Assembly (NCBI GenBank): GCA_032718475.1
Contig: JAUCBJ010003667.1
Span: forward strand, 22,272-86,271
Source: Nemertoderma westbladi
Taxonomy: Eukaryota; Animalia; Xenacoelomorpha
DNA: 64,000 bases
Direction: 5' to 3'
In this document: in pieces, positions 22,834-36,457 of the stretch
How positions within the stretch are numbered: position 1 is the first letter of the stretch
Layout: every line of letters begins with the position of its first letter
Notes under the pieces: model-generated
Databases searched by the model: none
The model's input: the letters and a program-made list of their open reading frames with translations, nothing else
What the model was told of the DNA's origin: nothing
Position numbers and translations under genes: made by a program

Positions 22834-25110
22834 GTGGGGCCTTCGCGCAGCACGTGAAATGAGTTAATGCTAAGTATCAACTCGAAAGGATTATAAAAAC
22901 ATAGGAGAAGATTTTCCCGGAAAACGTTAACCCTCTAGCGGGAGACTGGGTAACTGAAGAAGGAAGGATTAGTTTCCCTACAAAGCCACAGCCTATGGTC
23001 TATTACATATCTACCAAGTTTCCGATTGACGGATCATAAATAACGAAATGTTGGAAGGTTTTCACTTTCATACATTTAGCCCTCTAGCGGCATATTAAAG
23101 AACTACGGATCGATCACCTTCCTCACAAAGACGAGGCATGTGGTCTAGTACATACCGGTACTGTATATTCCAAAATTCAGCTTAAATAGATTAAGATCAA
23201 GGAATTCGCAAAGGTTATCACTTTCCTACATTTCGCCCTCTAGCGGCAGACTCGAAAACTCCGGACCGATTACTGTCCACACAAAGACTTAGGATGTCTT
23301 CTAGTACATATATGACAAGTTTCAGCGTAATCAGATCATAAACAACTAAATGGAAGAATAATTTCACATTCGGGACATTTCGCCCTCTAGCGGCAGACTG
23401 GAGAACTGCAGACAGATTAGCCTCCTTTGAAATTTACAGCTAATGGTCTAGTACATACTTCCCAAGTTTCAGCTTAAACGGATTAAAAGCAAAGAAATGG
23501 GTGGCCATTTAATGTTTAGACATGTGGCCCTCTAGCGGGAGACTGGAAAACTTCGGACCGATTACAATCCACACAAAGACTCAGGATGTCATCTAGTACA
23601 TATATGACAAGTTTCAGCGTAATCAGATCATAAACAACTAAATGGAAGAATAATTTCACATTCGGGACATTTCGCCCTCTAGCGGCAGACTGGAGAACTG
23701 CAGACAGATTAGCCTCCTTTGAAATTTACAGCTAATGGTCTAGTACATACTTCCCAAGTTTCAGCTTAAACGGATTAAAAGCAAAGAAATGGGTGGCCAT
23801 TTAATGTTTAGACATGTGGCCCTCTAGCGGGAGACCATTGCACTGATGGTGTCTGAAAGTCTCTCAAAAATCTCAACTTTTGCTTATATTGATACCTACA
23901 AATTTTCAACTTGGCAGCTTTAAATCCGACAAAGTTATTAGCATGTCAAAATCGTAACGACGACGACAACGACGACGACGACAACGACGACGACGACAAC
24001 GACGACGACGACGACGACGACAACTATTTGCATAAATTGACCCACCCCCTAACAGTGTCAATTCGCTAAGGCTCCGCCAACTTCGTGGCTCGCCCCAAGC
24101 GGCATATTAAAGAACTACGGATCGATCACCTTCCTCACAAAGACGAGGCATGTGGTCTAGTACATACCGGTACTGTATATTCCAAAATTCAGCTTAAATA
24201 GATTAAGATCAAGGAATTCGCAAAGGTTATCACTTTCCTACATTTCGCCCTCTAGCGGCAGACTCGAAAACTCCGGACCGATTACTGTCCACACAAAGAC
24301 TTAGGATGTCTTCTAGTACATATATGACAAGTTTCAGCGTAATCAGATCATAAACAACTAAATGGAAGAATAATTTCACATTCGGGACATTTCGCCCTCT
24401 AGCGGCAGACTGGAGAACTGCAGACAGATTAGCCTCCTTTGAAATTTACAGCTAATGGTCTAGTACATACTTCCCAAGTTTCAGCTTAAACGGATTAAAA
24501 GCAAAGAAATGGGTGGCCATTTAATGTTTAGACATGTGGCCCTCTAGCGGGAGACTGGAAAACTTCGGACCGATTACAATCCACACAAAGACTCAGGATG
24601 TCATCTAGTACATATATGACAAGTTTCAGCGTAATCAGATCATAAACAACTAAATGGAAGAATAATTTCACATTCGGGACATTTCGCCCTCTAGCGGCAG
24701 ACTGGAGAACTGCAGACAGATTAGCCTCCTTTGAAATTTACAGCTAATGGTCTAGTACATACTTCCCAAGTTTCAGCTTAAACGGATTAAAAGCAAAGAA
24801 ATGGGTGGCCATTTAATGTTTAGACATGTGGCCCTCTAGCGGGAGACCATTGCACTGATGGTGTCTGAAAGTCTCTCAAAAATCTCAACTTTTGCTTATA
24901 TTGATACCTACAAATTTTCAACTTGGCAGCTTTAAATCCGACAAAGTTATTAGCATGTCAAAATCGTAACGACGACGACAACGACGACGACGACAACGAC
25001 GACGACGACAACGACGACGACGACGACGACGACAACTATTTGCATAAATTGACCCACCCCCTAACAGTGTCAATTCGCTAAGGCTCCGCCAACTTCGTGG
25101 CTCGCCCCAC
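22834..25110 (+). mobile_element. Non-autonomous element with ~146-bp core tandem repeats, (GAC)n microsatellite and short terminal IR (HINE/pearl-like); internally duplicated
   Basis: Begins GTGGGGCCTTCGCGCAGCACG and ends CGTGGCTCGCCCCAC. ccctctagcgg recurs every ~145-156 bp. (GAC/AAC)n at ~23956-24023 and ~24968-25035. 23086-24097 is repeated at 24098-25109. Confidence 0.65.
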
Positions 25111-26735
25111 AGCTAGTCATTATTCATTCAGACATACCGTATCTGTAGCATAGACGTATACCAGACCACAGTACGTCTGTACGTAGTATGTAATAAAGTA
25201 GAACGTAGTACATAAATACAAGGACTAGGCCTACACTGAAGTAGTCTTTAATATTCTTTCTATAATTCATATTGTAACATTTGAGTAATTTCAAAAAATG
25301 TACACTTTACTTGACAACAAAAATTTACATGCAGTGTTTCTTAAGTAGTTGTTTCGTAATGTTACACTTTTGGAATAAAACAACGTACCTACTGTACTTG
25401 TTGCATTTGTCTTTATTAAGGTTTTCCGTCTCTGTATCCTTATTTTCATTTCACCCACCCACAACTTTCGTTCGTTTACAGGTTTAAGTAAACTCGGATT
25501 TGTGCAGCTGCAGTATTATAGATAACCGAATAAACTACAGGTACTGTACAGTATAACAGGCTGATTTTATGTTTTATACCAGTCAGCCCGGTGCGGCTTT
25601 GAAGAGCCGGTGGAAGATTTTTCACCCGGCGCAGAATTTTGCATTGCACAGAGCCGGCGCAGGATTTTTGCACCTGGCATGGGCGTTGGTTTGCACAGAG
25701 CCGGCGCAGGATTTTTTGCACCCGGCGTGGTTTTGCACAGAGCCGGCGCAGGTGGCAGGATTTTTTGCACCCGGCGTGGTTTTGCACAGAGCCGGCGCAG
25801 GATTTTTTGCACCCGGCGTGGTTTTGCTCAGAGCCGGCGCAGGATTTTTGGCACCCGGCGCCGCGTTCGGCGCAGAAAATAAAACTTTTCAATAGGGCCC
25901 ACTGCATGCTGGCATGTATGTATTGCATTATATTGTATTATACGAACAGTAGCCTATCAGTCAAAATCTACATGAATCAAAGTTCTGTCAATCATTTCAT
26001 ACTTGACCACAGAACCAACTGACCAAGGCCGCTAGTATTGACACTGTCAGACTGTAGCGGCGCATATTTTGGTGCCGTCTGGCCGTTGCATTTGCTTGCA
26101 ATTAATTATATTTCTGAATACAAGTGTAGTGTATTGCTGTAGTCAGGTAGTGTATACTACACTGGTATACGCGTTTTGTATGCGTTTCTCACTCGTTTGT
26201 ACTCTTTTGTACTATTTTTGTACTCTTTTGTACTATTTTTGCACTTTATTGTACTCTTTTGTACTCTTTTGTACTATATTGTACTATTTTGTATTTTTTT
26301 GTACTTTTTTGTACAGATTCGTCGGACTGCCATTTAAATGAGCAGGTTACAGGAGGCGTGTTGGGGGAACGAAAACAATAAACGAAAAGTTAACAGATGT
26401 TACAAGATTATTCAAGTTACCGGTACTTTTTAGTCGCAATAATTTTTATTGTCCGTTTAAATCCTTTTTTGTCCATTTTTTTTATTTTTTATGTCCTCCA
26501 AAAATCTAATGTTAGGTTCCATGCTACCGCGGTTTCTCTACTGCTGTTCTCTCAGGCTATCAGTACCGGTATTAGTATATATACCACTATTTTGCTGTAT
26601 TGTATGTACAGAGATGTAGGTATAAAGCAGGTATTTTTGTATTTTAGTACCGGTACCGGCACCGGTACTGCTGTAGGCCTACTGTGTGTAGCCTACCATT
26701 TAAATACGGTACTGGTAGGCCTAACGGCTGACCGG

Positions 26736-27370
26736 TTGTTTTGGTTAGAAAATCCCGCCTCTGTAACCTGCTCCTTTCCCCCGCCTCTGTAACCTGCTCC
26801 TTTCCCTCAATTAGTTAAGTGATCGTTTATTGTTTTGGTTAGGAAATCAACGCCTCTGTAACCTGCTCCTTTCTCTCAATTGGTAATGTTATCGTTCATT
26901 GTTTTGGTTAGAAAATCCCGTCTCTGTAACCTGCTCCTTTCCCTGATTTGGTATAGTGACTGTTTATTGTTTTGGTTAGAAAATCCCGCCTCTGTAACCT
27001 GCTCCTTTCCCTCAATTAGTTAAGTGATCGTTTATTCTTTTGGTTAGGAAATCCCGCCTCTGTAACCTGCTCCTTTCTCTCAATTGGTAATGTTATCGTT
27101 TATTGTTTTGGTTAGAAAATCCCGTCTCTGTAACCGGCTCCTTTCCCTGATTTGGTAAAGTGACTGTTCATTGTTTTGGTTAGAAAATCCCGCCTCTGTA
27201 ACCTGCTCCTTTCTCTCAATTGGTAATGTTATCGTTTATTGTTTTGGTTAGAAAATCCCGTCTCTGTAACCTGCTCCTTTCCCTCAATTTGTTAAATGAT
27301 CGTTTATTGTTTTGGTTAGAAAATCCCGCAACTGTAACCTGCTCCTTTCTCTCAATTTGTAATGTTATCG
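26736..27370. repeat. 68-bp minisatellite array 1
   Basis: About 9 diverged copies of tgttttggttagaaaatcccgcctctgtaacctgctcctttccctcaattagttaagtgatcgtttat. Confidence 0.92.
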
Positions 27371-28202
27371 TAATTGAAAATTCATTTGTATAGGCACTTT
27401 TAAAAAACGACTTTTTGACATTTTTGCTAAATTAAATTAATTATAAAAACGCTTATATTGATAATTGATGTTTATAATAAATATAATCTGGTTTATAAAT
27501 AGTGTACGTATAAAGTTGCCGCAATGCATGGTTAATTATCTAATTCTGAAGTGAATAAAATTAACTATTAAATTGGGGTATATTATTGGAAAATATAGAA
27601 TATGACCAAATTAAAGTAAAAAATAAAATTGGTTTTAAAAATTGTTGTTCTTCGGGCTCAGTAGCAAACAGTACTACTCATATATTATAATTTGATGTGT
27701 GTTTGAAATCCTGGGGACTATGTACACCAAAGTTACATTAAGTTTTATTTTTGATAATATTGAATTTTATTAAAAACACGATATTTAAAATGGCCATAAC
27801 TTCGGTTCTAATGAACCAAATTTGCTGAAATTTTCAACATAACTTAATAATAATAGCAATATCGTCAGACCCTGTAAATTTGGTAAAGATCGAATCATTT
27901 TAAAAAAATGAGTGCCAGCGAGATTTGTCGAATTTGAATGGAATCACTCTGGAGCTTCTTTCCGGACAACCGAATAGGAAGTGATGGCCAGTTTCTATTG
28001 CTCCGCATATGCCGAGGTTTGACTCTAGGTCGCCGTAGAGATGCCTCATGTACGCGGTATTGGCCTGCCCGAGGATCAAGCCCAATACAAACGATTCCTG
28101 AACTCTACAACATCTCAGATTCATTGGTTCAAGAGGTGGAGATCCGATATTTTCGGGATTAACGGATTTAGCCACTATACAGATTTATATAGATAGATAT
28201 TA

Positions 28203-28543
28203 CTACTACTAGGTCGAGCGAACTCGGACAGTGGAAATGAGATCCTTCCAGGCTTCCCGATTCTCCATAGTTGTCGCAATTTCGTTTCTCCCAAGTGCAG
28301 TATCCCTTTCAAGTTGATCTATATATGTTATGGCAGGTCGTCCACGACTACGCTTTCCATGAGTTGGTTGCCAGAGAAGTAGATCTGGTATGACCTCGTC
28401 TTTACTTCGCCAGCAGTGCCCACTGAATCTTAATCTGCGTTCACGGAGGGTGGTTGATACAGGTGGTATTGTACCATAAAGCTCGGCGTTTGTCATGTGT
28501 TGTCTCCAGCTGATGTTTAGGGCTGCCCTTAGTAGTCTTGTAT
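28203..28543 (-). mobile_element. 5'-truncated RTE-clade LINE
   Basis: RRLRFSGHCWR…LLLWQPTHGKRSRGRP; (TAG)n tail; 13-bp TSD tagatagatatta at 28190-28202 and 28544-28556. Confidence 0.88.
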
Positions 28544-28814
28544 TAGATAGATATTAGAAGACTAGAAAGCCCATGGCCCTTCGGGCCACGTCTTTCTAGT
28601 TCACAAGCCTATTCACCATTCCAAACATTAGATTAATTAATTAACTTGACTTAACAAAACGTCACATGGTTGAGTGTTCTCTCAAACAAAGCCTAAAAGC
28701 ATTTTTAATAAATAAATGTGAGAATGTTTTTACTTTTCAGACATTCGCACCCTCTAGCAGTATACTGTATGTGGCAAAGTTTCACATGTTTGTTAAGAAA
28801 CTCAACTTATTTTA

Positions 28815-29445
28815 AGCTCCTTTCCCTCAATTAATTAAATGATCGTTTATTGTTTTGGTTAGAGAATCCCGCCTCTGTAACCTGCCCCTTTCCCTCAATT
28901 AGTTAAATGATCGTTTATTGTTTTGGTTAGAAAATGCCGCATCTGTAACCTGCTCCTTTCCCTGAATTGGTAAAGTGACCGTTTATTGTTTTGGTTAGAA
29001 AGGCCCGCCTCTGTAACCTGCCCCTTTCCCTCAATTAGTTTAATGATCGTTTATTGTTTTGGTTAGAAAATCCCGCCTCTGTAACCTGCTCCTTTCCCTC
29101 AATTGGTTAAGTGATCGTTTATTGTTTTGGTTAGAAAATTCCGCCTCTGTAACCTGTCCCTTTCCCTCAATTAGTTAAATGATCGTTTATTGTTTTGGTT
29201 AGAAAATCCCGCCTCTGTAACCTGCTCCTTTCCCTCAATAAGTTAAGTGATCGTTTATTGTTTTGGTTAGAAAATCCCACCTCTGTAAACTGCTGCTTTC
29301 CCTCAATTAGTTAAGTGATCGTTTATTGTTTTGGTTAGAAAATCCCGTCTCTGTAACCTGCTCCTTTCCCTGATTTGGTAAAGTGACTGTTTATTCTGGT
29401 TACTTTGAACTCGGCCTTAACCTGCTCCTTTCCATCAATTGGTAA
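28815..29445. repeat. 68-bp minisatellite array 2
   Basis: Same monomer as 26736-27370, about 9 copies, same orientation. Confidence 0.92.
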
Positions 29446-30349
29446 TTGTTTTTGGCTATAAAATGAGTGTTTTGCTACGTCATGTGGTAATCGATTACGA
29501 CAACAACCACAAACTATTAAATATAGAGTCTTTTTACCACATGCGCATATGGAAATCTATCTCATAGTCTATAAATCATGGAATCATGGAATGTTTTGGC
29601 ACAGGCATAGTGAAATCAATTGTCTGACAGTCCAGAAATCAGCAGTCTGACAGTTTGAAGAAATACATACATAAAAAGTCATTAAAAGGACAATAAAAGT
29701 CATTAAAAGGACAACAAAAGTCATTATGCATAATTCGTAAAAAAAAGGACAAAAAAAGTCAAATAAAAGGACATAAAAAATCACTGCCATTATATAATTC
29801 ATAATAATATCGCTTGCATATTTCCCATCAAAAACGACAGAATTATTAAATTAATTCTATTTGTTTAATTAAATTAAACACATTCATTGGTCGAATTTAC
29901 CAATTCATTTGTTAGAACTAGTATACCCCCATTGTGTGTTACACCAATGCAATCCTCACGTTTTCGGCCTGTCACCCTCCATTCAGCATCTTGACCCCCT
30001 GTTATCACCTCGCGATGTAATAATAACCATTGTATACTTAATTCCGAGCAATTTCATTAGTCTACCTATTTTTATTTATTTAAATAAAAATGGGATTTTC
30101 TTTATTCATTTCGCCTTCCCTTATTTTATGAATATTTTACTATATTATCGAAAATATATTATGTTATATATAGGCCTATTAGTGCTTTTATTGTCCACAT
30201 TTCATAATCATAACTGCCCAATTGTGATTTGTAAATACACAAACGATTCAATGCGAGCGCGTTAATAACTAAACTCAATTTTTGCAACCGAAACCTCCCT
30301 TGAGTGTCCCAAACATAGACAAATGTATCAGCTAGCAGTACGCCAGCCA

Positions 30350-30585
30350 GGATTGAGAAGAACTTTCACCATTATGAAGTTGTGAAGAAGAGGTTTCACC
30401 ATATGGTAATGTGTCACAACATAACAATCAAATGGCAGCAACAATTACTTCTGGTGTTCCATAAGCTCATAGGATTTCCATCATTTTACCTCTATTGATG
30501 GAGTCAAATGCTTTCTTGAAGTCCATAAATAGGACTGCGGGGAGGTTCTTTGACTTAATTCCTCAATCAGTCTCCATAGCGCATC
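30350..30585 (-). mobile_element. RTE-like reverse transcriptase remnant
   Basis: Minus-strand translation gives NLPAVLFMDFKKAFDSINRGKMMEIL, with stops and frameshifts. Confidence 0.7.
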
Positions 30586-33207
30586 GTCTTTTGTTTCTAC
30601 CTAGGACCAATTATTTTATTTAACTATTTATTTCAGAGGCCAAATATTATGCCATTTTTAAATAACTAAAACAAATCGCAAATTACTATAGTTCATAATT
30701 AGAAACATGTTTATCTACTGTAATACATATCAATTCAACAGTCCCGAGCCTTAACACTTCGATCTTTCTCCTCCCCCTTCCCTCCCATTATTGGTCGGCC
30801 CCTGGCAAGGCCATCTAAACAAACTTAATTATTAAATACTGTTTTAATTAAATTCTTTATGAAAATCTACTTATCTTGTTTTAAATAATTATCAATTATG
30901 GACTTATTATGAATGGAATTATTAATTATAACTAATTATGGACCCTGCATTCGTGGAAAATATAATATTTCATAATTCAGCAGTCAGCCTACGATAATTT
31001 TGCAGGCCCGTCCTTGTTATGGCCTGTTATTTATATGGCCTTGTCCCCTGGAGATGCACCCCATATTTCTTCTCTCTTCCACTCTTGCTTTCCTTTCTTT
31101 CTGCTTCCAATTAAAGTGTTGGTTAGCATCAATCAAACTGTTTTTTATAACAGTTCGCAGATGGCTCGCAGGTTTGACTCGCCCCACAATCATTTTACGT
31201 CATATATTTATCTCCTGGAATAATTTCTTTATTATTCACATAATATACCAGGAAGCATAGGAGTTCATTGATGAGTTACTTAATATTTAATCCTATCATA
31301 CTACTGTATTATTGCAAACTGACAGATAAAAAGGATACATAAATTGAAATTCTTTACTATTTATATCGGTTTTATCATTTGCAAAATTAGTAGAATGTAG
31401 AAATCATTTTCCATTAAGGAACTAATTAAATGTGAATAACTAAATTAGTAAACATGGGAGGAAACCAGAACAAAGTCCCGGCAAGATTATTTTATATAAG
31501 CCATTCAGTTTTGGCGGCTTTACGTTCTCAATCAAAGTCATCCTAGAATTAAATCCTCAAAAACCTTTTATTTTATAATATGTCTGTAATTATACGACTG
31601 CAGTATGTCTTTAAACAGCCATAATATGTGGTACATGTGTACGATGTATGAGAAAACATTGTTAGTTAGCGGAATTAATCTGGTTTACACGTGTAATTTG
31701 GATGGACCAACTTTGGTGGTCAACTGACTTAACGAAAAGTTTGGAATAAAAATCCGTCTGAAGTTGAGATAAGCAGACGACCAGAACTGCAGCAAGGACC
31801 TCCACGTATAACTTGTGTGCGCCACATTGCCAGTCTTGTCCCCCTTACCGATGCTCAAAGTTTTTACAACTTATCAGTAAATTGTAACGTGCCTTGTGCT
31901 ATGGTATGGTTTTCATGAAATCCAAGGTGTGTTCGCCTCATGCCCTCTTTGATGAGTCGACCACCCCAAAGAAGTTAAACTGCTGCAAAAATGTAGATCC
32001 CAAAAACAAAACTGGAAGAAAGCATGCCTTAGTGTCATGGTTCCACTCTCAAACATTATGATTTTATGAGTAGCGGCATAGAAATTCTTCGCGAATGAGA
32101 TGGAATATCTGGTCACTCACAATCTAAGTGCCGCCAGCCCAGTTGATTATGAAACGTACATATATGATATTTATATTTATAAATACATAAATTAGAGATT
32201 GAAATTTTTTACTTTTTATTGAATTCGCTATTGAGAAAGTGTACAATTGTTTTTATCGTCGAGTTGGTCTTTATAATACCACTAATAATTATTATTAGCG
32301 TGAATACTATGTGATTGCGATAATATACCACAAATTGATAACAACCCACTTATGGTACTCAGATTGTAATGATATCAAGCTATTCAAAAAGCAACAATAT
32401 ATTTATTTAGTTGGTGAAGACACTTTCATAGTTGATACATTCGGAATTGAATGGCTGAACCAGCCTATTTCAATCTTATGTCGACAATTACGGTTATAAT
32501 GGGCAGGCTGACTTGAATGCCATACGAGTATCAAATATTGGTTATCTTTAACAGAATGTACAGTAGTTGCGATTGGGAGTGGCGAAAGTATTGTGAATTC
32601 CCATTGCCCATTCAATGCCCAATGCATTTTGCTCATTGTCTTTTTCTACAAAGGCATACTGTATTATTTTTGTATTTTTTTTTAGCGGGAAATTCAAATT
32701 TCTTATTCAGAATAATAATATTATACAGCATTCATGCAATATTATTAATTTTTGAGTTTCAATCTTCAAAACATAAAAATTCGCACAGCACACATTATTG
32801 AATTAATCTTTAAACATAAACGTATCCTGGCTCTCACAGAACTGAGCACTAAGAGCCCATAATTCATTTGTTATATTTTCCAATTTTCATTTCTGGCGTC
32901 AAATTTCAAATGTTTCACAAGATTAGATTTTGACATAAAAATTCGAATTCTACTTTCTCAGTAATACTCCAATTCAATATTCATTCAGCAGTTAACAGAT
33001 AAACAAATCCTATTGATTGGATATTTAACAACGATACTCCTAACCATCCACCAATCAGGAAGGACTGCCATGGTAGATAAGACATCCTGTTCCCAAAATG
33101 TATCAAAGCAGCTAATAAAAGTTTAAGAAACAAATATAAACAAAGAATTATTTTTCATTATTTAATCATAAATAACGTATAATACTTTTCACATTACTGG
33201 CTCTACA

Positions 33208-36200
33208 ATGCCTCGGTTATTACCTCTGTGTCTGCTATTGGTGTCTGTCGGTGTCTGTTGGGGCGACAGTCGGTATCTTGGATTCACCGACTGCGCCAGA
33301 ACCAGCCCTTACCAACTGGTTCAGGTGCAGAACGCATGGACCAACACCTACCCATTCGTATTGCCGGGTACCTTTATGGTAAATGCTACTATTAATGTTA
33401 CATCGGATACAAAGGTTAGTTTTAGTTAGTAAATATGGTTTTCAAAATTATTGTTTGTGAATTTCTACGCAGAAAAATGAACATTTGAATTTGAATATAT
33501 CATATTTCGCAAACAAATATTAACAAAAAATAAAAATTATTATCGATATCTCAGTAACACTAGTAAACTTATTTAAAATACCTGCATCATTGAAGGTCGC
33601 CGTAGACTGATCAGGTTAAAATCGATATGTTAATTATCTATTCGAGTAGGCCTATTTAATTATTAAGTAACAAAAGTTAAACAGTGCGTGATATATTTAT
33701 ATTGTATTGTTATTTACAGATTTAGGCCGATTCTGATTATTAATAAAATAAATAAAATAAAATTCCAAAAAATATCGATATATTCAGAGGCAGATATATA
33801 CTGAACTATGGTAGTGATGTAAACCCTAAATGTTTTATTTTTTGATTTTAGTACAAAATTTTCATTAATAATCAGACTGGCATCACTTAAGATTTTGAGT
33901 AATTGTCATACAACAAATCGTTTTCCGGAACGGTTTAGATAGTGTAACCATTGCTTCCATATATTGTGGTAACAATAGGGAAGCAATGTAATTTTTTTCT
34001 GTCAATTTATTGAATTTTGCAATAAAAATACATTAATTTTTAATAGTAGGGGCCTAGGCCTAATATCAAGTTCGTCCAAAAATTTTCATCCCTTTTCATC
34101 AAAATTACTGATATGCTATAATAAAGGAATAATTTGTTTATAATCAGCCAGCAGACATCGATGTTGATATATCGCTCACCAGACTGGGATTCTTCGGCTT
34201 CTGGTTCCCTATTCCGTGTATAAACGATATGGGATCTTGTCACCATAGCAACTTATGTCAAAAACTCTCGCGAAAGCATGGCCGACAAAACGTTTGTGAT
34301 GAAATTGAAGTGGAGTCAGGTAGGCCTATAAAGTGTTATTATTTTATTTATAGTTAATATTTATATATGAAGTGAAAAGATAATAAAACCGAATAAAAAT
34401 GGAACCCCATGTATAAATCTATACTTAATTATAAAAAGCTACTCGAACATTATAACATAGGAGTAGTTCAACGACGGGCAAAGACTTTACACAACATACT
34501 AACGCCTTCAAGATATAAAGAGAATCGTAACAATAAACAGTACACAACAGGGGAAGCAACAACCTGCACAAGATCTACATAACATGTGTATGCTACCTTT
34601 GAAGAAATTTCACTCCAATACTAGGAATAAAAGTAAACAGTATACTATTAGATGTAAAATGACATGTAACGGCAACAATCTTGTGTACTTAGTAACATGC
34701 AACAAACAAGGGGTGGGCTCGGCCATGAAATTCAAAGCTAGGATAGGAACCGAATTAGAAGACCATTCGTTTGCAGATTTTAGGATCACACCATTTTAAA
34801 CAGTAACAGCGAGTACAAAGGACTTAAGACAAAACTAAGAAAAAGGGAGGGATACTGGCAAAATGCCAACTGAATACTTTAGAACCATACGGGATGAACT
34901 CAATAATTGAAGCAGTTTGCTAACTCCCACGGTCTACAAGCCTTTGCTTAGAGACTCGTACTGTAAAACATTTTAAATATATAATATAATATTAAAATGT
35001 GTAGTTTCTTTCATTAACATTTACTATAATTTAGTATAATCTAGTAATGCCAACTCGAAAACTTGCGAAATAAATATATAATTTTTAAAATAGCGGGATA
35101 TTGGTCTCTTTATTATTTACTTCATTTATTTATTATTATTATATATTACACCATGACCCGTAATATAGTGTCATTTTCTGACGACACGGACCCCCCCCCC
35201 CCTCAATTTTTTCTACAAATCTTTATCATATTGCTTAAAATTTGAAACACTACTAGTACAACTCACCGTGGTTGTTACCATGAAGCCTTTTACCCTTTAA
35301 ATTTTTTTTATAAGCGTTTTAAAAAAGTGTCTTTTGCGAAATTGCACATCTCCTATCATCGCCATTCTTCATATTGAGAAACAGCAAAGATATAGGCGTT
35401 CAAAGATTGCAAGAATTATCGTTCGCTGCAGGCCATTTATTCTATTTAATAAATACACAATATTCTGGAACAATTTGTTTATGTATGATTAGCTACGCAA
35501 TATAGATATTGTATAGGCATACCGCTGTTGCCTACCAACTCATAAAATAAATATCACGTTCTAGAATTTTGTGTATTTATTAAATAGAATAAATGGCCTG
35601 CAGCGAACGATAATTCTTGCAATCTTTGAACGCCTATATCTTTGCTGTTTCTCAACGAAATTCAAACATTGTTACATATTTGGAATACTTGGAACGCAAG
35701 CTTTTTAATGATATCTATAGAGCGAGGTTAATGTGAAGAATGGCGATGATAGGAGATGTGCAATTTCGCAAAAGACACTTTTTTAAAACGCTTATAAAAA
35801 AAATTTTAAGGCGAAATCGAAAGTTCCGGCTTCATATGATAAAGATGTGTAGAAAAATTTGGGGGGGGGGGGGCCGTGTCATGGGAAAATGACACTATTA
35901 TTACGGGCCATGGTGTATATTATTATATTTATGTGGATGCAATTTTTATTCATTCTTATTGTGTTTTTAAAGTAATACATACCCGCCCTCTGAAAAGGTA
36001 GTAAAAACGGAGTTGGTCTAAAAATACAGTAGTACTAAAAAAAAATAAGGTTAAAATTGAATTGTGTAATAATTGTTTTATCTAAATAAAATAGACTTGC
36101 AATTAGCTCATACTGTAAGTAAGTATGCTATATTTCTTATCAATATTAACCATAATTATTAATTCACGATCTTGGCTCGCCTCAGAATCTAATTTTTCCC

Positions 36201-36457
36201 GTTGATTTTGTTGAAATATTGTGATTATTTTTTCTTTCGTAGGACTAAAGCGTATATCTACGGGATTAATTCGTGTGAACCCTTCACGAGTTCCCGCTAT
36301 TCGTCGTCTCTCGCGTAGAAGAAGGAGTTTAGTCAATATGTTGGGTAGCGGAACCTACCGAGTCGATGTTTCCGTAAAGGAAGCTGGCACTGATCATCTT
36401 CTACTTTGCGTCAAAGATGTTGAGATTGAAATGGAGCTAAATATCAATAACTATTGA
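33208..36457 (+). CDS. GM2A: Secreted GM2-activator-like ML-domain lipid-binding protein, 3 exons (33208-33414, 34148-34319, 36243-36457), 197 aa
   Basis: Signal peptide MPRLLPLCLLLVSVGVCWG, then FTDC…PFVLPG. Exon 2 has FWFPIPCINDMGSC; exon 3 has LGSGTYRV…LLLC. GT-AG introns have compatible phases 0 and 1; total CDS is 594 nt with no internal stop. Family call, orthology unproven. Confidence 0.85.
34440..34960 (+). mobile_element. Penelope-like element GIY-YIG endonuclease remnant (in intron 2 of the GM2A-like gene)
   Basis: RRAKTLHNIL, YTIRCKMTCNGNNLVYLVTCNK and LRKREGYW…LNTLEPYGMN, in broken frames. Confidence 0.72.
35149..35915. mobile_element. Foldback/palindromic MITE with TA TSD (Tc1/mariner-type ends)
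   Basis: TA|CACCATGACCCG…CGGGCCATGGTG|TA. Three nested inverted blocks, e.g. 35374-35460 vs 35569-35655 and 35297-35370 vs 35734-35808. Confidence 0.85.

Larger units (their letters stand above)
20690..25897. mobile_element. Nested DNA transposon with CCC…GGG termini, 8-bp TSD and GC-rich subterminal repeats
   Basis: 18-bp TIR CCCTATTGAAAAGTTTTA (20690-20707 / 25880-25897). TSD cccactgc at 20682-20689 and 25898-25905. cggcgcag motifs at both ends; ~42-bp tandem units at 25620-25860. Confidence 0.82.
20118..26327. mobile_element. Mutator-like non-autonomous DNA transposon with ~150-bp TIRs, enlarged by nested insertions
   Basis: TIRs GTCCGACGAATCTGTACAAAAAAGTAC… at 20120-20275 and, inverted, at ~26182-26327. 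Flanking direct repeat tgccatttaaa at 20107-20117 and 26328-26338. Confidence 0.8.

Noticed and set aside
25476-26022. Cys-rich repetitive ORFs
   Set aside because: Translations of transposon subterminal tandem repeats, open in several frames on both strands.
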